DNA of 64,000 bases. It comes from a virus (Duplodnaviria; Caudoviricetes). This document shows positions 30,214-39,100 of the stretch, one piece after another (position 1 is the first letter of the stretch; each line of letters begins with the position of its first letter). The stretch is from the IMG/VR virus record IMGVR_UViG_3300013426_000023, positions 32,001-96,000 of that record; one strand, written 5' to 3'. A program made the position numbers and the translations under genes. The notes beneath the pieces are model-generated. The model worked only from the letters and a program-made list of their open reading frames with translations. It was not told the origin of the DNA and made no database searches.

Positions 30214-30914
30214 TTATCTGTTGTACCAATCAACTTTGCTGTCTCCTCATTGTAAGGAATACATTGCTTATAGTCATCATCAACGCAAACATACCAATTA
30301 TTACTATCTTTGTGACTAAAAATGTCGCATTTCCAATGATTGTCATTGTTATCTTTCACCAACACTTTGTCAAATGGCTTTGGATTCCACTTAGGCTTGA
30401 TAAGTTCTACTTCCAAGGTCTCCATGTTTAGTTTGCCACCAAGTCTCTCTTCAATGGTGTTGAGGAAATATTCCCCTGACTCTTCATCTTCCTTCATGAA
30501 CAAAGAAGTCAAAGGCTGGTTCTCTGACAGATACTTGATGTTATTCTCATTCCTGCTATTCAACCAATGTTTTGCCTTGAATTGAGTATAGTCATCATTA
30601 TACCAGCCTTCAAAGACACATTCACATGTACCCTCATTGTTAGCCAGCACATCGCCTTTCTTCCAGGCGAACTTACCCCAGTCCCTCATGGCATTGGAAG
30701 GAAAGAGCATCATTTCACCACCTGCGGTATATCTGCCGTATTTGTCAAAAGAGTATTCTCCAAACTTGTTTTCCGTCCAAATTGCCTCCACGCTATCCTC
30801 ATTATCTGAAAGATAGCCAAAGTTCGTCTTCCCGACCATAGGGGAATATAAAACAGTACCTTTTGGCATCTGTGCCAATATCTCTGCTATGTTAATTAAT
30901 TGATTATTTTTCAT
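30201..30914 (-). CDS. Hypothetical phage protein
   Basis: INIAEIL..PKGTVLYSP ... KPFDKVLVKD...QCIPYNEET. Confidence 0.75.
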   Translation of the reverse strand: MKNNQLINIAEILAQMPKGTVLYSPMVGKTNFGYLSDNEDSVEAIWTENKFGEYSFDKYGRYTAGGEMMLFPSNAMRDWGKFAWKKGDVLANNEGTCECVFEGWYNDDYTQFKAKHWLNSRNENNIKYLSENQPLTSLFMKEDEESGEYFLNTIEERLGGKLNMETLEVELIKPKWNPKPFDKVLVKDNNDNHWKCDIFSHKDSNNWYVCVDDDYKQCIPYNEETAKLIGTTDNWED

Positions 30915-30939
30915 CTTATGTTATTTTAATTGTTTGTTG

Positions 30940-31140
30940 CTATAATAAATGTTGTAATCTATATGTAAGTAATTTCCTACACATTCTTATCTTGGTGTCA
31001 TAAAGTTTACTATTGTCTTTCTTATAATACCATAATAATATCTCTATTCTGTTGATACAATGATGTATCTCTATATATGGTCTATAGACAGACAGTACTA
31101 TAAATGACAATAGGATTGTTGATGAAATAAATATTATCAT
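30940..31140 (-). CDS. Small membrane protein
   Basis: Hydrophobic N-terminus. Confidence 0.5.
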   Translation of the reverse strand: MIIFISSTILLSFIVLSVYRPYIEIHHCINRIEILLWYYKKDNSKLYDTKIRMCRKLLTYRLQHLL

Positions 31141-31165
31141 GACATTATAATTTAGTAAAAAACTA

Positions 31166-31193
31166 ATAGAACTATCTTCACAGACAGTTCTAT
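31166..31193. repeat. Intergenic hairpin
   Basis: ATAGAACT-ATCTTCACAGAC-AGTTCTAT. Confidence 0.5.
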
Positions 31194-31255
31194 GACAAAT
31201 ACTCTTAATACTCTAACAAAAAGTAAAATTAACTAAAATATATTCGTATGACACA

Positions 31256-31564
31256 TTATTCATCAAATACTTGATAGCTGTCCAATACACCACAGAAATT
31301 TTCTGCAAGTCTATTTAAATGACATTCAAGTCTTTTAACCTTAGACATTCTTACCCAATCTCCAGACTTCATCCATTCAGGACTTTCCTTTGAAGTCATA
31401 TAGTTATATGCTTCCGTAGTAAGGTTAATCACTCTTATTCTTACAGGAGAAGGAGACATCTTGAAGTTAATGTCTGTTGGATTCATACCCTTTGGTTTTA
31501 CAGTGAAGTTTACTGATTTTTCAACTCCACCTTCCTTAATGTTTACTGAAACTTTAATATCCAT
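31256..31564 (-). CDS. Hypothetical protein
   Basis: 102 aa. Confidence 0.7.
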   Translation of the reverse strand: MDIKVSVNIKEGGVEKSVNFTVKPKGMNPTDINFKMSPSPVRIRVINLTTEAYNYMTSKESPEWMKSGDWVRMSKVKRLECHLNRLAENFCGVLDSYQVFDE

Positions 31565-31796
31565 AATATTTATTTTTGTTATAATGTTTTAATTCGTTAA
31601 TTGTTTCCAATGCAAAATCTATTGCAGATGACATAAGAACAAAAAGCCTCTCATTGTCTTTTATTGAAAGAAGTAAATCTGTGACTTGGTTTATCTTTGC
31701 AATTTCCTTTGCATTTGTCATATTGTATTTATCGACAAATGCTTTTGTGACCTCATTACTATGCTTCATGATGCCATGTAATTTCTTATCCTTCAT
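31554..31796 (-). CDS. Hypothetical protein
   Basis: 80 aa. Confidence 0.65.
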   Translation of the reverse strand: MKDKKLHGIMKHSNEVTKAFVDKYNMTNAKEIAKINQVTDLLLSIKDNERLFVLMSSAIDFALETINELKHYNKNKYYGY

Positions 31797-31944
31797 TGTT
31801 ATGAATGTTTTATTAAAAGGTTAACAGTTTACTTTCATTTGAAAGAAACTGTTATGTAAAGAAAGTCAGTTAGTTTTCTTCTTGAAAATTTCCCTAAAAA
31901 GTCAAATGTTCTTTATGGACTGAACTTAGTTTAATATAACCCGT

Positions 31945-32061
31945 TTACTGATTTTTTAATGTCTTAACAGTTCTTGCAGTCTCTATGACAGATAAATTAT
32001 TATCATCATACACTTTAAAATGTTGTGAAAGTGTAACTAAAGCATAAAGTTCTTCACCCAT
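31945..32061 (-). CDS. Possible 38-aa ORF (MGEELYALV...)
   Basis: Hand-translated; may be a decayed gene continuing past TAA. Confidence 0.3.
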   Translation of the reverse strand: MGEELYALVTLSQHFKVYDDNNLSVIETARTVKTLKNQ

Positions 32062-32546
32062 TCCTCATACAATGCATCTCTCAATATGGTCTTGAAGTTT
32101 GGGTTATCAACCACTGACTCTGCATCCTCTTTCTGATAGAAAAGAGGAGTAAAGCCAGTATAACACTTTGCAGGTAATACTTCAAAAACACGAGTATCAG
32201 CATTGTAGGCTATATAATAGCCTTCTTTACTACTGCTAAATCCCTTGTTAACATCTTTAAATATTTTAGAATTATAGTACCTTACAATATTAAATAGCTT
32301 TGCAAGTGCCCATAGCTTTTGAAATTGAAGGTTTCTAAATGATGCAAACTTATTTATTATCCTGGCATAATCAGTAGCATCTGAGGTTCCTATTTTAACA
32401 TCCTCATAAGAAATTTCCTTCTTCTTGAATACTATACTGCCTTTTTCTAAATCAGTGTTCTGCTTGTCAATCTCCATTCCATTTGGGATTTCTATTTTAA
32501 ATGTGATATTTTTCTTTTCCATGTCTTTAAGCTTGATGTTCAACAA
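32037..32546 (-). CDS. Hypothetical protein (likely start 32522)
   Basis: IEIPNGMEIDK...ALAKLFNIVRYYN. Confidence 0.7.
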   Translation of the reverse strand: MLNIKLKDMEKKNITFKIEIPNGMEIDKQNTDLEKGSIVFKKKEISYEDVKIGTSDATDYARIINKFASFRNLQFQKLWALAKLFNIVRYYNSKIFKDVNKGFSSSKEGYYIAYNADTRVFEVLPAKCYTGFTPLFYQKEDAESVVDNPNFKTILRDALYEEWVKNFML

Positions 32547-32550
32547 AAGC

Positions 32551-32598
32551 TCCTGTAGGAAGTAGAATGGATAGTTCCATCACTACTCTCCTATAGGA
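32551..32598. repeat. Long imperfect intergenic inverted repeat
   Basis: TCCTGTAGGA-AGTAG-AATGGA-TAGT-TCCAT-CACTACT-CTCCTATAGGA. Confidence 0.55.
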
Positions 32599-32632
32599 AC
32601 AAAATGCAAACAAAAAATTTAAACAGCAATAT

Positions 32633-32917
32633 TTAAATGTACTTCAAATATTCATATCTTACAGGTTGAAGGTTTCTCAGGTTCTCGAACATAATCCATT
32701 TCTTCAAGTACTTGGGATTATTACATAGAAACTTTGTGTTGTCACTCACAAGCAATACATATTTGTATCTATTGATAATCTCCTCACATAGCTGAATGTT
32801 GCTGATGGACTTGTTCCTTGACAGCCTTATGTTGTTCAACCTATAATATCTTCTAAGGGCAAACAACAAGTCAGCCCCTCTCTTTCTTGTAAGTACCATT
32901 TTATTTTTTACTTCCAT
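32633..32917 (-). CDS. Hypothetical basic protein
   Basis: 94 aa. Confidence 0.65.
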   Translation of the reverse strand: MEVKNKMVLTRKRGADLLFALRRYYRLNNIRLSRNKSISNIQLCEEIINRYKYVLLVSDNTKFLCNNPKYLKKWIMFENLRNLQPVRYEYLKYI

Positions 32918-33071
32918 ATAGTCCTATAATATTAATAATTGTACCCACTAAAAACATAACAAAAAAGAAAAAGAATGTACTATTTATTGTCATACAATAA
33001 GCTGACAAAATAGTTAATATAATACCACATATCGTAGTAATATAATAAAAGATATTTGATAAATATTTCAT
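32901..33071 (-). CDS. Small two-TM protein (56 aa, below track cutoff)
   Basis: MKYLSNIFYYITTICGIIL...GSKK; ATGA overlap with the upstream ORF. Confidence 0.55.
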   Translation of the reverse strand: MKYLSNIFYYITTICGIILTILSAYCMTINSTFFFFFVMFLVGTIINIIGLYGSKK

Positions 33072-33193
33072 TTTAGTTTTTTATTTTTAATAATCCAATC
33101 CATACGATTGTTAATAACTTTGAAGTTGTTAGCTTCAGAAAAAGTGCAAAAAGCTCTTACTATTTCGTTTGTGCTATCTAATACATAATACAT
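33068..33193 (-). CDS. Small protein (41 aa)
   Basis: MYYVLDSTNEIVRAFCTFSEANNFK... Confidence 0.55.
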   Translation of the reverse strand: MYYVLDSTNEIVRAFCTFSEANNFKVINNRMDWIIKNKKLK

Positions 33194-33209
33194 ATTATAA
33201 ATAATTAAA

Positions 33210-33240
33210 CATCAGATGTAACAAAGAGTTACACCTGATG
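33210..33240 (-). terminator. Hairpin, possible terminator
   Basis: CATCAGATGTAAC-AAAGA-GTTACACCTGATG. Confidence 0.5.
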
Positions 33241-33271
33241 TGAATTAAACATTTACTTATAACAATAATAT

Positions 33272-33436
33272 TTACTTAAATAACGGTTTCTTCTTATATT
33301 TCTTTGATTCCTCGATTGATTCAAGGAAATATAATTCAGCTTTAGCATTTGTAACTTTAGTTACATGACCATTCTTAACGACAGTCTTTGATGTTTCATT
33401 GTAGCAAATAGCTACTTTCTTACAATATTTTTCCAT
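33272..33436 (-). CDS. Small protein (54 aa)
   Basis: MEKYCKKVAICYNETSK...KKPLFK; A-rich leader. Confidence 0.6.
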   Translation of the reverse strand: MEKYCKKVAICYNETSKTVVKNGHVTKVTNAKAELYFLESIEESKKYKKKPLFK

Positions 33437-33455
33437 TTTATTAAGTATTAAATGT

Positions 33456-33635
33456 TTATGAAAGTTGTTTTACTTTAAAAGCAATAGCTTTAAATTTTAA
33501 TATATGTTTATGTAATGCAAAATATTTACATTCTGCAATACCTTCTTTTATAGTTTTGTTAGACTTGACTGTTCTTACTAAATAATAATTTGGTTTAAAC
33601 AATCTATAAAACTTGATTAAATATTTATGTTTCAT
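33456..33635 (-). CDS. Small basic protein (59 aa)
   Basis: MKHKYLIKFYRLFKPNYY...; ATGA overlap. Confidence 0.5.
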   Translation of the reverse strand: MKHKYLIKFYRLFKPNYYLVRTVKSNKTIKEGIAECKYFALHKHILKFKAIAFKVKQLS

Positions 33636-33823
33636 TTCTTTGTTTTTAATAAGTTATTTACTAATTTCTGTTTCTTTATTGAACTCTCAATGATGTCAAG
33701 AATGTCAATAACATTTTCTAATAGAGATTTATCTACAGAATCTAATAATTCTTTATTATTATTAATAAGTACTGCAATTCTTGCCATATCAGTACAAATA
33801 TATTCAATATCTTTGAAATTCAT
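33632..33823 (-). CDS. Hypothetical protein
   Basis: 63 aa. Confidence 0.6.
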   Translation of the reverse strand: MNFKDIEYICTDMARIAVLINNNKELLDSVDKSLLENVIDILDIIESSIKKQKLVNNLLKTKK

Positions 33824-33827
33824 AGTT

Positions 33828-34109
33828 CTATTTATTTATTATTTTAGGATTATTTTTTGTAGAGAGATATTTATTAATAATAATCTGTCTTGCAGATAAA
33901 TAATCATCTCCTCTATCACCATCAAAATATGCTTCATTCTCATTTTCAATATCGTCAAAGAGAAATTCAGCAGCATCATAATAATTTCTCAAGTCTATTA
34001 GTTCTTGATTATTCTTATTAAATACTTTGTTTTGACAGTTTATTGTGTATACACTTAGACATAGTAATGTTGTACTTACTATTGCCCATATTAATAATAG
34101 TTTTTTCAT
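33828..34109 (-). CDS. Secreted/membrane-anchored hypothetical protein
   Basis: MKKLLLIWAIVSTTLLCLS signal-like N-terminus. Confidence 0.65.
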   Translation of the reverse strand: MKKLLLIWAIVSTTLLCLSVYTINCQNKVFNKNNQELIDLRNYYDAAEFLFDDIENENEAYFDGDRGDDYLSARQIIINKYLSTKNNPKIINK

Positions 34110-34113
34110 TGTT

Positions 34114-34269
34114 TTATAGGTTTATTATATCTCTATTAAATATTATATCTAATATATTTGCAATTATACTTAATAGTAAAAATATAATTGCTCCTATCTT
34201 AAAACCATTGTCTATATTTGAATAGACAATTATAAGACAAAAAATAAGAGTAAGAAGAATTAAAAACAT
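34114..34269 (-). CDS. Small two-TM protein (51 aa)
   Basis: MFLILLTLIFCLIIVYS...; fills the gap between called ORFs. Confidence 0.45.
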   Translation of the reverse strand: MFLILLTLIFCLIIVYSNIDNGFKIGAIIFLLLSIIANILDIIFNRDIINL

Positions 34270-34299
34270 AATTATAATGTTATTAATAACAGAAGAATA

Positions 34300-34515
34300 T
34301 TAATATATATTCTCTATTGTTGTCATTACTTCATTAAGAATATTACTTTTCTCTTCTTGTTTTAATAACATTTTAATAGTATTGACCAAATGGTTGTTGT
34401 CCATATCCTTGATAGAAATTTGTCTACCATCTTTGGTAGTCCAATAGATAGAGCCAGAGTTGCGCTGTCTAAGCCACAACTCCAGCTTTAGGTCTTGTAA
34501 TGTTGCTTGTTTCAT
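34300..34515 (-). CDS. Hypothetical phage protein
   Basis: WTTKDGRQISIKDMDNNHLVNTIKML. Confidence 0.7.
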   Translation of the reverse strand: MKQATLQDLKLELWLRQRNSGSIYWTTKDGRQISIKDMDNNHLVNTIKMLLKQEEKSNILNEVMTTIENIY

Positions 34516-34517
34516 GT

Positions 34518-34712
34518 TTATTTTTTGTTTTCTAATTCAAGATTATCTCTAATAATGCAGCCAACATCACCAAGATTATCAACTACTGCTTCCAAGGCAG
34601 TAGTGATTCTCTTGTTGTCGTTTGCACTAAAAGATGTGTTGCCTTTATGTCTAAGGATGATATTTACCAATGCTTCAACTTCATCCATAAGTAAATTGTT
34701 GTACTTGCTCAT
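34518..34712 (-). CDS. Hypothetical protein
   Basis: 64 aa. Confidence 0.6.
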   Translation of the reverse strand: MSKYNNLLMDEVEALVNIILRHKGNTSFSANDNKRITTALEAVVDNLGDVGCIIRDNLELENKK

Positions 34713-34752
34713 TTATTCTTTGTAATATTTAAAGGGTTAAACTATAGCTGAC

Positions 34753-35049
34753 TTAATATAGTAAGTCATCTATAATCTTATATGCTTTAATAGTTTCTTC
34801 ATTCTTGTTATGTTTTAAAATATCAAGAACTTGCTCTAATTTATTTTTAATCTCAATAGAGAGATTAACAGATATTTCTTGAATAGCCTTAAGTTCACCT
34901 AAAGTAGTCTTTTCTGGCTTAACTCTACTAAAATTAACATCTTCTATCTTACCACAATGCTCTAAAGCATAAGCAGTAGCTTCAATAGCTGAAAGTGTAT
35001 GAGTTATTTTCATATTTTTATAATATTTATTACCATTATGTAGTATCAT
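34753..35049 (-). CDS. Hypothetical protein
   Basis: 98 aa. Confidence 0.6.
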   Translation of the reverse strand: MILHNGNKYYKNMKITHTLSAIEATAYALEHCGKIEDVNFSRVKPEKTTLGELKAIQEISVNLSIEIKNKLEQVLDILKHNKNEETIKAYKIIDDLLY

Positions 35050-35196
35050 AATTGTTTATTTGTTTTAAATGTTTTTAACTAATAAAATTAATAATATTTT
35101 ATAATAGAATATAAAACAAATAGTTTTATATAAAAGTATAAAATGCTATTGATTTTTGTATTGATGTGAAAACAGTATTACATAGATAAGTTATTA

Positions 35197-35225
35197 AAAT
35201 AAGAGTGTTGGGTTTCCCCAACACA
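35197..35225 (-). terminator. Intrinsic terminator after the first early gene
   Basis: Minus strand GTGTTGGG-GAAA-CCCAACAC-TCTTATTTT. Confidence 0.7.
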
Positions 35226-35239
35226 CCTACTTTAGTCTC

Positions 35240-35521
35240 TTACAGTGTATATTTGTCCTTTACACCATTTCCAACTACCATTAAGCAAGGTACCCATGTT
35301 GCACCATCATCAATGCTGCATTCAGCATATTGCAAGTCTGCTGCCTGACCTCCAGCTTCAATCTTTGCCATAGCTGGCTTTGAGATGTAGCCTGTGATTT
35401 CACCGCATACAAAGAAGAAACTATTAGGTTTCTTAGGGTTTTCCCTGATGTGCAAAGAATCGTTGTTAATTGACTTCAAAGATTCAACACTCATTCTGTT
35501 TCTGCTAATAATTGCATTCAT
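35240..35521 (-). CDS. First gene of the leftward (early) block, hypothetical
   Basis: 93 aa, own terminator, next to the divergence point. Confidence 0.75.
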   Translation of the reverse strand: MNAIISRNRMSVESLKSINNDSLHIRENPKKPNSFFFVCGEITGYISKPAMAKIEAGGQAADLQYAECSIDDGATWVPCLMVVGNGVKDKYTL

Positions 35522-35553
35522 AGTCTAATGTTTTAAATGTTAATAATGTTAAT

Positions 35554-35615
35554 GGTCACAGGGGATTATCCCAAAGTGCCGAAGGCTAGGGGGGGTTTGG
35601 GGTGGTTATCCCACA
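35554..35615. other. G-rich structured element at the divergence point (candidate early promoter, origin or terminus signal)
   Basis: GGGATTATCCC palindrome, GCC-GAA-GGC hairpin, G7 run and a second GGTTATCCCA copy in an otherwise very AT-rich context. Confidence 0.4.
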
Positions 35616-35673
35616 TTCATGTAACTCCAATAAAATTTCAAAAAAAATAAAAAATAATTTTTTCACTTATTTA

Positions 35674-35705
35674 TTTGATAATTTAAAATTTTATTTGTAC
35701 CTTTG
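35674..35705 (+). promoter_or_regulatory. Bacteroidota sigma-A-type promoter
   Basis: TTTG-N20-TACCTTTG. Confidence 0.75.
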
Positions 35706-35711
35706 CATTTA

Positions 35712-36042
35712 CAAGGAACATATAAGTACTTGCAGAGATTAATCAACTCTATAAACCATAGATTGACCCAATATAGTAGGATTATATTTGAATGCAGCAA
35801 ACTGAGAGAATAAAGGGTATCAGTAAAGGCTACAGGTAAGCATTCCTAGAGATAACAAGAGTGAAAAACAATAATATATAAACGGGATATAAGACTACTA
35901 TATGGAAGCAAGCCATAATGCTGGCAGGGTCTCTTTATATAGTATAGATAATGATTGATTTATTAATGCAAGGAATTAGGATTAATATATTAGAATATGA
36001 ATGGAGTAAAAAGAGTGGTAATTAAGTTTATTACTCTTTTTT
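35712..36042 (+). ncRNA. Putative structured, rod-like non-coding RNA
   Basis: Lies between a promoter and a terminator; the ATG ORFs found are at most 18 codons; seven nested helices pair the 5' and 3' halves (see findings). Confidence 0.6.
36008..36042 (+). terminator. Intrinsic terminator
   Basis: AAAAAGAGTGGTAA-TTAAGT-TTATTACTCTTTTTTT. Confidence 0.7.
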
Positions 36043-36050
36043 GTTTTACA

Positions 36051-36082
36051 CTTGTAAGAATAAAAAATTATTTATATCTTTG
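36051..36082 (+). promoter_or_regulatory. Bacteroidota-type promoter for the late block
   Basis: CTTG-N20-TATCTTTG, 26 nt before ATG 36108. Confidence 0.7.
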
Positions 36083-36107
36083 CAGTAAAATTTAAATAAT
36101 ATTATTT

Positions 36108-39100
36108 ATGTGGAATAATTTAAGTATACAAGATAAAGCTTCATATATAAGAGAAGCAGTAGCAAATGGTATATATAATAGAAGAGATATTATCTCTAAC
36201 TATAATTCATTTGCCAAGGGTGGCTATAAGCCTTCAGATAAAGTAAAGAAAGATATAGCTACTTGGGAAGGTTCTTCAATGAAAACAAACAGAAGTTTTG
36301 AAGCTGAGGCAAACGACTTTAATAAGTATTTACCTAAAGGAGCTTTAAACAAATTAACACAATCACAATTAGATGCACTATATTCTTATTCCTATAATGT
36401 AGGAGCAGGAAATTTCAATAAAAGAGTAGTACCTGTACTTACACAATATTTGAATGGTAAAGCTACTAAAGAAGATGTGCAAAAGTCTATGTGGGCTTCA
36501 AAGGATAATGAATTAAGAGGTCTTACTAGAAGAAGAAATTGGGAGAGAGAAGGATTTGGTGGTAATTATAGAACCATGTTTACTGGTACAGGAGGAACAC
36601 CTAATTATTATGGTTATAGAGATTCAAGAATACCTAGTTCAGATTCTACTAATCAAGTAGCACAATTTGATGATAATGTCACTAAACCCACAGACTTTAT
36701 ATCAAGTGTAAATGGATTTACTTTAGACCAAATAAATGAAGCTATGAATAATAGTACATATAAGCCTATTAATAATGTAGAAAATCAAGAATCTTCTCTT
36801 CCTCCTACAGGAACAGCGTTTACTATACCTTCATTAAATACAATGTATAATCCTATAGAATCAGCTAAACCAGATTATAGTTATACACAATCAATACTTA
36901 CAGATTTTGATAATACGCTGTATGGCAATGATATAAATGACGAGGATAATATGTTTGATAAAGGTGGTAATCTATTTTTTGTTGGAGGACAACAACAAAG
37001 AATAACTGAAGCAAAACCTTATATATTTAAAAATGGAAAACTTGTAGCTAATCCTCAATATCATCAACCTGATAGAGGGGTAGCTTTACCATTGGGTTTT
37101 CCTTCAATTTTTAATGCAAATAAAGACTATTTACCTGACCCATTATTTAATATATTAACGTTAGGTAGGAATATATATAATATAGATTATAAAGGACTTA
37201 AAGAAGCATATAAAGTATTAAAACAAAAATACACAAAAAAAGGTTTTAATTTAAGCAAGGAATATCCAGATTGGGAATCAGCTTTAAAAAAGGTATTTGA
37301 TGAACTTGGAGACTTTTTAATTCCTGGACTTAAATATGGTGGTAGTTTAAATAAATTTGAAGATGGTGGAAATGAAAATGAGGATAAAGGTTATAACTAT
37401 GTAGATGCAGATAATCTAAGACATAAAGATTTTTTAAATCTTATCAATGTAGATGGTAAATTAATGGATAGTGATAACAATACTTATAATTTACAAGCAT
37501 TAGATAGAGAACATACTCCTGTAATACAAGGTACTAATATGTTAGCTAAGAAAATGGCAGAGGACATGGCTTATGCTAATGCTAAAAAATATTTTGACTC
37601 TAATACTACTATTGATTTTATTAATGCTGCTACATTAGGCTTATTAAATAGAGGTTCTATATCACAAGATGCTAGATTAATAAAAGATGCTTATAATACA
37701 GCTTTTGGTGATATGACATATGACCAATTAATTAATAGTGCAACATTAGGAAATGAAGGTATATTTGAAAATCCTTTATATAACACATTAATAGATTTTG
37801 CTATTCCTTTAGGAACTTATGGTACTAATCAATTATTAAATACAAATAAAGCTAAAAATTTAATAGCATCGTTAGTAACAAAAAACTCATTACTTCCTAA
37901 GAATTTTTCCCCTAATTATCTTTCAATTAATATAAATAATGGAGATAGTGATTTAATTAAAAATATTCATAATAAAAATTTAGCTGAAAAATTAAGGACT
38001 GCTTATTTAACTAGATTTGGAGAAAATAAAGTATTGAATTTAAATAATAATTATTTTAGAAGTTCAAAACAATTACCTACAATAATGGAAGAATTTAATC
38101 CTTATCAAAATTATCCTGTAGGAGAGTATACATCTAAGGAGATACAAGATTATTATAGTCAAGTGATGTTACCTCTAATGAAAAGATATAATATATCTGC
38201 TCCAAAGAAAGTAAAGCCAGCAATTATTACAGTACCTGATAATATTAATAAAAATATAAGAGGATGGTACAATCCTTGGTTAGATATTCCATTTTTAAGA
38301 GCTGTGGGAATAGATGGTAAATTAACAAATAGTATAAAAAATGGTTTATTTAATTCTACATATCTACACGAGGCAGCTTCTCATGGTACTGATGAATTAT
38401 TGGATAATCTTAATTTAATGTCAAAATATAAATTTGAATCATTTCTACCAAATGATTATGTATTTCATCCAAAAATAAGTGCTTCAAAATTAGGTGAAGA
38501 ATTTAGAGCAACAATGAATGAGGTAAGACAATCATTGTTAGAAACACGTAAAGAATTTAATGGCTTAGATTATTTTTATCCACAAGGAAAGGATTTAGAA
38601 AAAGCAATAGATGATATAGGTATTAATTTATTAATGAATAAAATGGGTATTACAAATGCATACGGTGAAGATTATTTTAATGCTTGGAATAATTTAAAGA
38701 ATAGAGCTAACAATGGTAATTTAAGAGACATACAAAATTTAATTAATTTTGAAAATAATATTAAGGATGCTTTTAAATATCTTCCTGCTATTGGAACAGG
38801 TGTTATAGGTACAACAGCCTTAAATAATAAGGAAAAAGCATTAGGAGGACCATTAAATGCTTATGCAGGGGGAGGAATCTTAGATATAATAAGTAATTTC
38901 TTTACAGACAATAAACAATCTCAAATTAAACCAAAAGTATATATAAGTTTAAGTGGACAACATTTTAAAACAGCACATGAAGCTGCTATAGATAATTTTA
39001 ACTTACAAAAAGGTAGAGGAAAATATGCTCCAAAGAATATAAATTATATTGTAAAAGCAGGTGATAGTTTATGGAATATTGCTAGAACAAATAATACTAC

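Noticed and set aside
6911-34725. Scattered plus-strand ORFs within the minus-strand block (e.g. 9278, 20563, 21564, 29236)
   Set aside because: Antisense to motif-bearing genes, with no recognisable content
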